Positions 46,689 through 60,100 of a DNA stretch of 64,000 bases are shown here, piece by piece. The stretch covers positions 79,829-143,828 of the forward strand of contig JAUCBJ010008708.1 of the NCBI GenBank assembly GCA_032718475.1. The letters are read 5' to 3'. The DNA is from Nemertoderma westbladi. Its lineage: Eukaryota > Animalia > Xenacoelomorpha. The notes beneath the pieces are model-generated. The model was not told where the DNA came from, did not search any database, and saw nothing but the letters and a program-made list of their open reading frames with translations. Made by a program: the position numbers and the translations under genes. Numbering within the stretch: the first letter of the stretch is position 1; each line of letters begins with the position of its first letter.

Positions 46689-48951
46689 TGTAAGGGTCCA
46701 GTAGTATACCGCTTACCAGATCCTAGTAACGATGTATCTTACTATGAGACTCTAGTAATGTATACGGGCTTGTACAGTATCTGACAACAAATCCCAGTCC
46801 AGGATATCTAAACAAACAGATATAGTACACAAACGACTACTGGCGAGGAACAGAGCCTTGTATCTATTCTATGTACGTGAGCGGGTCGAATGCCTACGTA
46901 CTAGACAGAAGGATACCTGTCCTCTAACCGGTGAGGCAGATGTACAGTTACAGTAACAGACCAAACTCACGGGAAAACAATCCCCGCGCAGCGAATCCTA
47001 ACTATCACTGACAGTCCTAAATACAGTAACTTGCCGCGGTGTGATTTATATGGTTTATATACGAGCTAGTGGGTTAACAGACCTAGCGTAACAACACTGA
47101 CAGTCCTAAATCAGTCGAAAAGGGGTCGTACCTAAATGTAACAATAACTGATCCCCCTGTACGAAATCAGTCTAAAGGGTCAGGCCTAAATGTAACAATA
47201 CCGTTGTCCAGACAAACAACAGTTTAATAACGAAAGTGAAATACTCCTTATTTTGCCGCAACTAAATCAGATCCTAATTTTACAAATACAGATAATTTCC
47301 ACCTAACGTAATGTATAGTACGCTATAGCTAGTAGAACTTTAAGGGCAATATGTTTTAGGGCGTGTGTGTGTGGGTGTGTTACAAATAAAACAATTTCGT
47401 GTAATTCCTTTTACTAGGTTTTAGTGATTTTCTGACTAAATGATACCGTGCGCTAGCTACTAAAATAAACTAGTCGCGTTTGTAGAACTTTATACTCACG
47501 AATGACGTCAAAGCTCTCTCCTTCCTATCCACAACCCAATGGGCAACCACAGTGTTAGTAACTACACCCGTGATCGGCACTAATACCAGATTCTGGTTGT
47601 AAGATAAGAATAGGGGTTAATCGCTACCGTACGTTAGCTGATCTGGTATACTAATTTAATTCTAGAACTTTGTTGCTGCGGTAGTTAGCAGCAATACCTA
47701 TCAGTACGTGGCGAGGCGCGGTAGGATATTAATAAACCTCCCTAGGCCAAGCAGTGTGCCGGTAGCAGAAATGCTCCTTGCCTGATCAAATAGCTAACTC
47801 CAGACAGGGGGGGGGGGGGTACTAATGTACGTTCTACAAAGCGAACCGGTACCAAACAGTCAGTGCTACGACTCACTAAATTATGGAACATATGCTGTCC
47901 GTACCTAATATGTACTCGCGTACTGACGAATGGCAATAGTTCGCACCTGTAGGAAGTACAGGTTAACCCAGGGATTCGTAGGACTTGACAAAGGGGGGGT
48001 GTCTGGATATAATTATTTGATCCTAAATTTGCGGCGTCCAGTACGGTGTCACGCTTACCCTGATCTATAGGTCTTACGGCGGGCAAGGGCGTCGAACAAA
48101 GTCTTACCTTCTCACAAAGCGGGCGCTGCATAGCAAGTGGAGTATTTCGAAGGGCAAAGGGGGTGCGCGGTCAATCCAATGTGGGCGCTAGCGTGTTGTG
48201 GACATCTCTTCCCTGCGTTGCTTACGGCCTAACGATCTAGGCTGCCATCTCCCTGGTGTTCGGCTGTCCCGAAGTCGGACCAAAAGAAAACATGTCAGGA
48301 AATTGCAGTATATTTACAGTTTTACAAAAGGATTTATCAAATAAAGTTTTAACAAGAAACCGAATTAACTAATTTTACAAGAATAAACTATAAGGTGGAG
48401 AAAAGGGGTAACGAAGTATATATTGATAACCGAAGGCAAACCGGCCTTTTATACTAGAAATTGCACATGGAAACTAAACAGAATTTTCCACAGCTTCACC
48501 ATTGAGCAATGAAGTGCTTCGTGCTCTATGATTGGCCCAGCTCATCGTTCAACGCAGTCCGGCCCTTACACTAATCTGGGACATGGAATCCTAACAGAAT
48601 TTTCCACTGCCTCACATTTGAGCAATAAGATAATTTATGCCCTATGATTGGCCTGGCTCATCATTCGCTACGCTGTACGCTTCTCATTGGCCTACCAATT
48701 AGCACCACACGAAAATAAATGGCCCCAAAATACAAATTTCCCGACTGGGATTCGAACTCGTAACCTACGTAATGTAACCAACGCCTTAACCATCTGACCA
48801 CTACGCCACGAGAGTACCTAAGGGTTTTATGTGTACAAATATGAATAGGCATATTACATTACTGTAACTTAATCAAAATACGTCGGATTTTCAAAAGTTT
48901 TTATGTTAAAGTTAAACTACAAATGCTATCTTATAGTGAAATAATTCATCA
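46689..48951 (-). repeat. 5' LTR of element C (2263 bp)
   Basis: TGATGAAT...CCCTTACA in element orientation. Duplicated CCAAT modules at 48465-48670 and TATAAAA at 48453-48447. Confidence 0.95.
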
Positions 48952-49470
48952 GATCAGTATACGATGGTTCGACAACATTTGTGTCTACTGTTGACGGTGA
49001 CACAGAACTATTTGATGTGACACACTTGCACCATTCTTGTTCATTATTGTGGTTGACTATGTTCTACGCATGTCCTTAGATCATCATAATGATGATGGGG
49101 TGATGATAACTCCACCTACTGGCTCCAGACGTCGAGGAAATCCTGCCAAGTACCTAACTGATCTAGACTTTGCTGATGACTTAGGAGTACTCTCAGAAAC
49201 ATTAGAGGGAGCCCAACGGCTCCTCAGTTCATTAGAACATGCTGCTTCTAGTGTTGGTCTTTTTATTAACTCCAGAAAGACCAAAATTTGGACAGTTAAC
49301 TTTGAAAGTCCTCAGCAATTCTCTGATCGGATGAGCATAAGCTCAAAGGATGGTATGCTTGAGCATGTGGACGACTTCTGTTACCTGGGATCATGGATCA
49401 GGAAGTCAGGTGAGGACCTTCGAATACGTAAGGGAAAGGCATGGGCAGCCTTGAATAGGCTTTCCAGATT
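48952..49470 (+). pseudogene. RTE-like LINE fragment 3 (RT core)
   Basis: Continues IAAIRS|VYDGS across the TSD. LFIIVVDY, LDFADDL, INSRKTK and FCYLGS are present; the QG motif is deleted. Confidence 0.85.
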
Positions 49471-49639
49471 GACAATGAACCCTACCTGGCTTCATTTGAA
49501 ATTCTTTACCGGGATGTAAAGGATGGACAAAAAAAACTAGATTCTGATCACTTCTCCTTGAAGCTGAAAAATGACGCCTACACTGGCGCCAATGGCTACA
49601 CTCAGCCGGCAATCAACAGATTTCTCACAAAATTACAAC

Positions 49640-50400
49640 TCAAGTCTTTGAAATTACTCCATAAGAATTGAGATATTATTATCGCAAATCCTGATAAAGG
49701 AAATGCTGTACTAATTGTAGATAGAACCGACTTCATTACCAAAATGAATGAGATTTTGAAGGATCATACAAAGTTTAAACCCGTTCACCCTAAAAAAAGA
49801 CATAATGATTGGTTGAAACATGATATTTATAGAGAGAAGATAGTGAGGGAATACTTGTGGTCACTGTGTAGGGAACATATATTATTACAGGAACTAGGTA
49901 TAATCAACTTAAACCCATAGTTACTACTGATGATTATACTATATTAAACACTTTTAGTTTTGTTCAAGAAATAAGTAATCGTAAGTATGATCATGATATT
50001 TACATGTGTTCGTTTGATGTTTCATCATTGTTTACAAACGTCCCGGTCAAAGAAACAGTTGACATCATAGTTAGTGAGCTATATAATAATACAAACATCT
50101 TGGTAACCAATCCTGATATTATCCAATCACCTGATCTTGGTAACATAAATAAAATACAAAGTTTCAATCAATCTCAATTCGAACACCTCCTTAAAATTGC
50201 TGTTTAGGACAATATTTTTGCCTTTAATGAAATACTGTATCTGTAGATTGACTGTGTTGCTCTTGGCTCCCCCTTAGGCTCACGCATTGCCAATGCATTT
50301 CTTTCCTACCATGGAAAACAGTGGCTTAAATACTGCTCACTAGAATTTAAACTAAAATTATACTATATGAGATATGTCGATGACACTATAGCCTTTTTTT
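49640..50400 (+). pseudogene. Decayed Penelope-like element RT
   Basis: PDKGNAVLIVDR, SFDVSSLFTNVP, ALGSPLG and RYVDD motifs, with stops and deletions. Confidence 0.8.
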
Positions 50401-50661
50401 AAAATGCATAATATTTATTACATTTACCTTTTATCAGATAAACTAAATTACAAAATACATTTTTACTGAGATGTCACTGCACGGAAACTATATTAAACGT
50501 TATTGAAAAATTGCAAACAACAACAAAATATCTACTATATTGCAAAGTTTAAATGTGTACATAAGGTAGGGAAGCACCATCCTCCAGACCAGCAAGCACA
50601 TCGCCATACAGAGCGAGAGGACCTATAGCCTTTTTGTTACGGTATATGGCGCTGTATCCAT

Positions 50662-50760
50662 ATTATTAGTCATCATGCAGTATGCAATATTAGTCCGTTA
50701 TGCAGTATGCAATATTAGTCCGTTATACTGTATGTAATATTAGTCCGTTGTGCAGCATGA
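50662..50760 (+). repeat. 25-bp tandem repeat (~4 copies) in the presumed U3 of element D
   Basis: aatattagtccgttatgcagtatgc units. Confidence 0.8.
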
Positions 50761-53700
50761 TATTTTAGATAAGGCATAATAACGCAGTGGTATTTAGATA
50801 GGGAAATCGAAACACCCATATATTTGAATCCATCCATTTTGTATAGTATGTAGCCCTACCTACGTAATTTTGTATTAGGTTATATGTAGATAGTTCCAGG
50901 GTAAGTTTATTCGGACCCTGGATTCCGTGCTTGCTGATATTAGTTTTAGTAGGGCTAGCATATAGGGACGCTGTCCTGGCCATTCAGCAGCCAGAGACGT
51001 GAACCATTACCATATATGGTAATAATTCGAGGAAGGGGAGCAAATAGGGCTACAATCCGGCCTCCTTATTGGACTAGCTGCTTCCAGGTTGGTCTAGTGC
51101 TAGCACGGACTGGAGAGCCAATAAGAAAGCGATTGAGTCACCCTATTGCATCACCCCATCCGGATCACCTATAAATTGGCGGTGTGCCGGTAGAGCCTCA
51201 CTCTCATCACATGACACCTAGCCCTAGCACCTGTCTTACTGTTTTCTTGATACTTGTATTTTTCTGCAATTTGCTGATTTGATTAATTTCTTGGAATGAT
51301 TTGCTAGTGCGATTACTCTTGCTTGTGTTTCTCAATTAATTCCTGTCGATTACTGCTAATTACAACTGAACTATGATTTCTACCTTTTGATTAATGGTTC
51401 TATGTGATTCTTTTCTGCGCAATAATCCTAAGGGATTCCTGAGACTGTCAGACTTTGTGATTTGCATGCGCCGCTACGGTAGCTATTAGCATAATGGAGG
51501 GCTAAGGCGCCAGTGGGCGGTGGGCACATCGGGGGGTTGAGCGACTAAGGGAGAGCAGAGGATTCAAAGGCAGGCAACGCTGGCGGGGGTCAACGTTGCG
51601 GTCGGGCAACTTGCGTGCAACGGGCAGACCTATCGCCGGTACAGTAATTAGGGGGCTGATGATCCAGGTTTCGTCTCTATTTAGTATTAGGGGGCAGGAA
51701 TCAGGTTAGTTAGGAGTCCCATATGTACCCGGGAGAGGCCTGCACGTGTTACAGCGTATTAGAGCGTACAACGTTAAATGTAGAGTACGAATAGTGAGTC
51801 GCATAATTGTGGACTATACAGTAGTTAACTGCATAATTGCGAACTGTAATTTCTGACGCTGATTGGGGTGTTATTGAAGTGTGCCTATGATTATGAATGT
51901 TTAGGTAGGCGCCCCCCTTTCTTTGATTGATTTCTATTTCTTAGTTACAATAATTGGTTACTGATTAGGTCAAAGTAATACGGCAAATTTAGGCTATTAC
52001 TAGCGAAACTTGTTGCGTAATAAATTAGAATTACGTATTCTGGAACTCTTAGTAATTAGTACGCTGTTAAATATTTGTGACTGTAATTAATTAGTAAAAA
52101 TTAAGAATTAGTACGCAGCATAGCGGAGAGTAGCTAAAGTAATAATTCGAGTACTGTAAACTATTCACGCTGAGCGGTTATTTGCATTAGCGGGCAATCA
52201 GCTAGATTGTACTATTCGGTACGCACGATACGCTAGTAATTTGCTGGTCTAAAGCCAGCTGCAGGCGATTTTAGACCCGGAGTGATGTTATTTACTTAGG
52301 AACAGATACTGTACCGTTTTGATATTTAAATATTCTCGCATTCACACATTACGTTAGGGAACCTCCAGTATTCGCGATTAGAAAGACGTAGGTAATAGCG
52401 TGCTTTAATAGTGATAAAATTAGGCGTAAGAATACTCTGAGTGCAAGGCCTCTCGCACTCGTCTTAAGTAAGCTTAGGGAGCCGACTCGGGTTTATTGTT
52501 TTGGTTATTCCCGCGTGGCTCATAGATTCGAACAGTTAGCTCTCTATCGAGCGATCGGTAGAGAAAGGAACAAGCGATTTTGCAGGAGTTGTGTAAATTT
52601 AGTAAATATATTAGCGTACGGCAGATTAGCGCCATCTAACGATAAGTAGCGGTTTTGTATTTAGCAACCCTTACAATTTAGTAATATCACGCTCCTGATC
52701 CCCTTTACTTAACAGTAGAGCAGTCTTTGTGTCTTATTCTGTTATTGGTTAGGCGAGAGCTCATTACAGTCATTAGGTTGGCAGAGAGGTATACGGGTAT
52801 TTGTCTGTTCAACAGTTCTGCTGTTAGTATAGAGGTCGCGGTTGTTTATCAGTAACACGTGCTATTGCTTTGCTGTACTGCGTACAGTAAGGCAGATAGA
52901 GTATTCTTAGGCTGTTAGCTTAGATTATTGTTACTTTAGATTACTGATACTTCGTATCAGTAACACGTGTATTTATTGGCTGTTGCTTGCAGCAGTCGAT
53001 AGTGTATTCTTAGGCTGATTAGTAGTATCATAGTATTAGGCAATAAATTAGAGCACGTGATCGTCTGCTGTAGGCTATAGGCTAGCGTACGGTAAGACAT
53101 TGAGTATATTTCTTTAGGTTGTTAGTTTAGATTACTGTATTCACTGGCTGCGTACAATAGTACAGTAGTACATTAGGCTGATTGCTGTTACTGCGTACGG
53201 TAGAAGGGACATTTGTTTTGCCGTACCACATATACAGTATCATTAGGCTGTTAGGTTGGTGTACTGTTTTACTTACTGAACTGCATACGGTGGATGTACG
53301 GTAGTGCGTTTTGCTAATTGCGAATACAGCAGTTCCTTAGGCCTTAGGGCAAATTGTAAGTAGTAAGTTTTTTGAAATTTTTAGCTAGGTTTGCGAGAAT
53401 TCAGTTTCGGTCAAAATTATTTTGTAAAATTCTAGAGTTTTTGTACCGGTATGTTAGGTAACCGCTTAGTTATTTTATACCATCTGGAGATACATGGCAA
53501 GACGGAACTTCTGAGTTTGGGGTTCGTGTGGGTCTGCGGGTTCGGTTTGCAATCAGCGGAGAGCCTGAATCTTTGGACGCGGACGTGGAATCTCACAGCA
53601 AACAAGGTTAGTTGTTCTGTTGGCACCAATGTGTTTGTGGAAGCAGTAAAAAATTATCGGTTGTTTAACTGCGAAGCTGAACTCAGTTTATTAGTTAGGA

Positions 53701-54149
53701 TATTTAGGTTTAGCCGGCCATGGTTTTTTGAATCGCTCAAGTTAGAGAGAGAGTTAGAGAGAGTCGCAACCCGAAGATGTAGCCACGCGCTAGTGGATAC
53801 ATATAATATTTGAAACTAAAATTACGTTGATTAGAGCTATATATAAAATTAGAAATATTCGGGCGGCAAGTTTATTTTGAATATTTTGTATTAGATTCAA
53901 AGTTATTTTGTGCTATACCGGTATTTAATGCTATATAGTAGCTATATAATAATATTTTTGTTTAAATATTGTGTTAGTATTTGCTATAACTATATACCCC
54001 ATTAAATTCACAATATTGCATTGCGAATTTATTTGACATTTGGACCAACTGATTATTAGACAAATAATTTGACCGTGTTTCGGTTAAATTATAATTATAT
54101 CTCGAACCTTTGCGAGATATTTTGCCGGAAGGCAAACATTATTTAGACT

Positions 54150-57100
54150 ATGAGTGTCTCAGACAAAGAGGCACTAGAGGACAGCTACGAGACGGCGGCT
54201 GGACCGCCGACTGACGATAGCGTCAATATTACTGTTGACGACAATGCCGACTATGACGACGCAGCGAGCGATGCTGACGTAAGTGAACAGGAGGACGAGA
54301 CAGTGACTAGTGAGGAAGAACAACAACCTCAAGTAATAGTATTAGGATCCCCTACCGCTACTGTAAGGAAGGATTGTACAGCAACCCGACCAGAGGTGAG
54401 TGATAAGGAGGGTAGTGTAGCAGAAGCGAGAGCCCGGAGCCCGGTTTCCAGACCTGTGGGTATGGTAAGTGCCGTGGTCCCAGCGGCTGTAAGGAGTACC
54501 CGTAGTTCCCGAAATAATCCTTCAAGTCCACCGAGCGTAAGTCAGGTAAGTGATAGAGAGTTCGACACTGCGATGAAGAAGAAACTTCGCGCGCATGCCG
54601 GACATATAACCCGGACGGCGGACAAGGTAAGGAAAATGTTAGCTGACTCAGCGAACATCGGGAGGGTAGAGTTAGCAGAGATTAGAAGAGGATATAACTC
54701 AGCGTTATTCAAGCAGACGGAGGAGCTTGCAGTCCTAGCGAAGAAGGCAGTAGAGTCTCAGTCGAGCGACGTGGCGACGAGGATTTACGACAGGGTTTTA
54801 GCAGCCTTGTTGGAGCACCGCGAGTTATCGGAGCGATTCCGACGAGTTAGGACGGAGAACTGGCTGCTATGGGCATCACAAACGCAGGCGACTCAGGTGA
54901 GTGACGCAAAGTTAAGAGACTTAGTGGAGCAAGAAGAGATCCAAGATAAAGAGGAGCGCCGTTATCAAAGGGAAGTTACTAGCTGGTTGATGCAGAATGG
55001 AGTGGTGGTACCGGGTCAGGTGCTACCAACCACGGAGAACATCCAACAGAGGACGTTGACTCCACCTGATGACGCATCTAGAGACAGCGGCGATTCCCAG
55101 GTTAGTCACGCGCGAGGTAAGGTAATATGTGCTAGATCCCTTGTTTCGCACAACTCGGCGGAGGAGAGAAGACGCCGACTGGACGAACAGCAGGCGGAAG
55201 TTTTGCGTGCATCGGAAGCACGGAAGGAAGCCGAGCGGGAACGGGAACGAACACGTAAGTTAGACGCGAAGTTGCGCGAACTGGAAGATAAAGGTAAGCG
55301 TGAGCGAGCGGAACGCGAGCAGAAGGAACGCGAACTTCAACTTGAACGCGAACGCAAGGAACGCGAACTCGAACTTGAACGCGAGCAGAAGGAACGCGAA
55401 CTCCAGCTCGAACGCGAACAGAAGAAACGTGAACTCGAACTTGAACGCGAACGTAAGGAACGCGAACTCGAGATCGAAAAGGAGCGACAAGCGTTGTATG
55501 AAGAAAGGGCGCGTGTGGAAGAAGAGGGCGCAGCGAGACGAGCGAGGGAAGAAGAAGAACGTAAACTGGCGCAGTTGGAAAGTGCGAGATTAAGTTTAGA
55601 GAGCGAAGAACGGACTAGAAAGGCAAATGAAATCGCAGAGAAGGGGATGCGAATGATCGAAGAATGTGGGGCGAGTGTAGGGACTGAGTTGCGAGAACTG
55701 TTCGCACTGCAGAAGGCCGAACAGGAAGCGAGAACTCCGACCATACGCGAGTCGACGACGACCAGAATTCCTATACCCGGTCCAGCTATTACGAGTACAC
55801 GGATTGCTAAACCGTTTTCTACATATCGCACGCCAGTTGGTATTAGTGCTTCACCTATCGCGCAGGATCTACGTCATCGGAACACTGCACCACTATACAC
55901 CGAACGAGAGAATGAAGAGTTTAGAGAAACTCCGACGGGACGAGTACTTGGCGAACCGAACCCGCGGGTTTGGAATACGCGGACGGAGCGCCGACCCAGT
56001 TCGACGGAGAACTTCCGGGTTAAACCGGAAGAGGGATCATATGAGAGACAGCGGATTACTCAGATAGAGCCGACTATACAACAGAACCCTAGCCAGGAAT
56101 TTATTACGAGGGATGAGTTGAGTGCTAGTTTAGCGCAAGCTATATCGCCACACATCCAACCTATAACGGACATGCTTAGCAACCTACGGTTAAAGGAAGC
56201 AGCCCAGGTAAGAAGTAATTCTAATCCTAGCAGACCTGAGTTAGACAAAGTCCAGCCTAGTCAACGAGTACGCATATCGGAGGAAACTATACCACATAGA
56301 CCTCAGGTAAGGACGCCTGTCCCGAACATCTCTAATCCCAACTTCGAAAACTCAGCCGAGAAATTTATAGAGGAGGCTTGGATCAGGGCCTCGGCGCGCA
56401 AACCATCGCGAGCGTTAAGGACTGACACCGAGTCGAGCGATGAAGAGGAAGAAATGAGACGTCAGAAGTCCCGAAACTATAAGGAAAGAAGGACCGACGC
56501 GGAGCAGGTAAGTTGGAACCACCGGGAAAGGACCAGACTTAACAACCCTGCGGAACTAAACCATTTGTTAACCCGGAGCGACGCAACCCTTAGGGACATA
56601 GGTAAGTTTGCTGCTAGGCAAGGACTGCCGACGCAACAACCCCAGAAGTTTATGGGCAACCATAAGCACTGGAGGACCTTTAAAACCTATGTCGACGAGC
56701 AGCTAACCAACAGCACCTTTACTCCCAACGAGAAGTTCAACTATTTGCTTCAGATGCTCCATCGAGAACCTAGAGCCATTGCTGATAACTTCGTCGGCAA
56801 CGAGAGAGCATTTGAGTTAGCGATGAAGACACTTAGTGACATCTACGGGAATAAAACCAAGATGGCGCAGTCGATAGTAGAAGACTTGGGTAAGGGCGGA
56901 AGGATTACAACTCCGTTAGAGCTGTTGAACTTAGCGAACGCTATTTCGAACGCATTGGACATCTTGAGGACGGTGAATCTACCTCATCATGGTGATCACG
57001 CCGAAGTCTTAAAGAGCGTAATTAGACGTCTAAACATGCGTTACCGACAGAAATGGCGCAAATTAGAGAATAAGTTGGAGGGCCAAGGTAAAGTATTGAC

Positions 57101-60100
57101 ACTTCAGCATATTCATGACATGATAGCCACAGACGCAGTAGCACAGATGAAATCAAACTTCTCAGAAGAGAATATGAGGGAGTCTAAACCTGTTACCGGT
57201 AAGTCTATGGTAAGTTTTGACGATGACAGGACCACTGTGACATTTAACTCAGTAGACAGATATAATTCGAATACCCCAGCCTTTAGATCAGACTCGCGAG
57301 TATGGTCAGGTGAGCGGTTAGATAGACCTAGGTTAAAGCAACAGGAGTTGCCGGATGGATTTGTAGGTTGCCAATACTGTTTACTAAAGGAGGTAAGATC
57401 TGACGACCATAAGTTAGATAGTTGCAGACGGTTCAAAGAATTAAATTCGGAACAGAGAAGAGTTCAAGTGCGGACGTTGGACACCTGTTGGGCATGTCTT
57501 GCGCCAGGTCATGTACGGCGGCAGTGCCCGAACAGCAAGGACGGATGCATGGAATGCGGCAGACTTCATCACAAGTTGCTACATGCGGATTTCCACACCC
57601 CAACGGACCGTTACTTACAGCGAAATCCTCACAGGAAGGGGAGCAAAGAACCCATATCGATAAGGAGGAATACGTACACTGGCATCCAGGACGATGGTTA
57701 TCAACCAGGTTCGTCGGATGAGGATGGCGAGTCGAGCGCAAGAGAGGTGACCTGCCAAGGTTTCACCGCGGATAGTTCATCAACCAGCGCGCGGACGTAT
57801 TTATCATCGGCCACGTCGGAAATATTTAGCGTGATTCCGGTGAAACTCACTGGAGATAAGGGATCGAAGCGAATATATGTGATGTTGGACACTGCGTCCA
57901 CATTATCTTATATCGACGAGGAAGTGGCGAGAGCCATTTCTAGCTTCCAGGACGCCGAGGAGATCCAAATAGAGTTGAAGTCTATGCACGGGGTAGGAGA
58001 CCTCAAGGGACACAGAATTTCGGTAGAACTAGATTCCCTACTTCCGAGAGACCAACACACTCGACAAGAACGGAAAGCTTTGCCATTGGACGGATTTAAG
58101 TGTCTAGCTATGAAGGGATTCAGCAGGCAGTTAGGTAAGGTGCCGCCGATGAGTCCCATAGCACAGGAGTATTTTGACAAGCTCAGGATACCCAGACACC
58201 AGGTAGGTTATAGGAATGTTTCTATGTTGATTGGTGCAGAACAGCTGATCGCACACCAGATATGGGAAACGAGACCAGCTGAGCCGCATGTCAATGGACC
58301 ACATACCCATAGGACCATACTAGGTTGGTATACACGAGTACCCATGTCTTATGAGTTTACAGGTGGCGACAAGCCAATGAACAGATACGACGAATTACAG
58401 CCTATAATTCAACCACCGTTAGTAGAACCACCAGACATAGACGAGTTTAGGAGAACCTGTATTGACCACTATAGTGACTTTAGCGAGTCGGACGAGGAGT
58501 TGATTCCCGATAATGTTAGGTTGTCGGAACCACTTCACAATGACCGGACAGATAGTGAACCCGAGGACTACTGTTATCAGACCCGTGGGTCTGGTTCAGC
58601 GGCCCACGCTACCTATTTGACTAACGTTTTGACTTATACAGACATAGTGGAGGGTCAAGTGGCTAAATATCGAGACCTAGACATTTTCCAATACAGTGAG
58701 GAGGAGCTACAGAAGGAATTGATACGCCAGGACCTCGAGACAGGAGCCAGAACTGTCGAATGGCTGGATAGGGACGCAATGGAACCCGGTGGATATGACC
58801 TAGCCATGTCTACTGATGAGAAACGGTCGTTGGAGATGATGGAAGACACCATACGTCTGCTACCGACTGGACATTTTGAAGTTGGAATGTTGTGGCGTCG
58901 ACAACCACCTAAGTTGGAGAACAACTACAGCTTAGCCTTGAAAAGATTAAACGGAGTAAGGGCTCGGTTGTTGAAGAATCCGGACATTAGGGAGAAGTAT
59001 TGCGCCCAGATCAACAACTATTTCGCCAAGGGATTTGCTGGGAAGGTAGAGGACCCTGACTTAGTAACAGACCAGACTTATTACCTTCCACACCACTATG
59101 TGACTCACCCTGACAAACCTGACAAAGTCCGAGTAGTCAACGACTGCGCAGCAGTCTATAGAGGTATGTCCCTGAATTCAGAGTTGATGGATGGTCCCAA
59201 CCTGAATAACTATTTGATAGGAATACTGTTGCGTTTTAGACAGCGGCGATTCGCATTTACTTGTGACATCGAGGCGATGTTCCACCAGGTAAGAGCCTGT
59301 AAGGCAGACCAGGATAGCCTTCGCTTTCTCTGGTACGAGAATGAAGACTTATCCGGCCCAGTGGTTACATACCAAATGTACGTAAGGATATTTGGCGCCC
59401 GCGATAGTCCGAATGGCACGCTGTTTGTTCTAAAGAAAACGGCAACAGCCCAGATTGGTAAGTACCCAGTAGAAGTAATCGAGTCCATCTTGAGAAACTT
59501 CTATATGGACGACGGATTGGTGTCCAAGGACACAGCGGAACAAGCCATAGAAGTGGCTCACGGCCTGCAAGAGTGCTTGGCTACAGGGGGATTTCCTCTG
59601 ACCAAGTTCACTACGAATTCGGAGGCCCTATTAGAGTCGTTCCCGGTAAAAGATCGCGGGAGCGGAGACATAGAATTGGGGGTAGAACCAATCCCCATGG
59701 CGCGAGTACTGGGACTCGCTTGGAACCCGAACTCAGATAAGTTCCAGGTAAGAGTTAGATTTGAGCCCAGTAGCCCAGACAAAATTTTGACTAAGAGGAT
59801 TTGCTTATCGACTTTAAGTAGACTATTTGACCCGATGAACTTTATCAGTCCGGTTATATTACAGGCACGAGCGTGCATGAGGAAAATTTGGTTGTCCGAC
59901 TTAGAGTGGGACGAACCAATATCTCCTATACATGCAAAGCAGTGGAGAGAGTGGGAAGCCGAGTTGCATCTATTGAAAAATATAGATGTACCCCGTTCCT
60001 ACTTTCCGAATCAGCTGGTATTTCCAGCTGATCTCGAACTGCATTTGTTTAGTGACGCAAGTGACACCGGCTTTGGTATGGTAGCCTACCTTCGCCGAGA

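Larger units (their letters stand above)
33605..48951 (-). mobile_element. BEL/Pao LTR retrotransposon C, integrase-deleted, with a 3' accessory ORF
   Basis: LTRs at 33605-35873 and 46689-48951. TSD GATCA at 33600-33604 and 48952-48956. PPT CATGGAGCGG at 35883-35874. Confidence 0.95.

Noticed and set aside
33605-48951. Assembly duplication explaining the long direct repeats
   Set aside because: TG...CA ends, 5-bp TSDs, PPTs and scattered substitutions show they are true LTR pairs.
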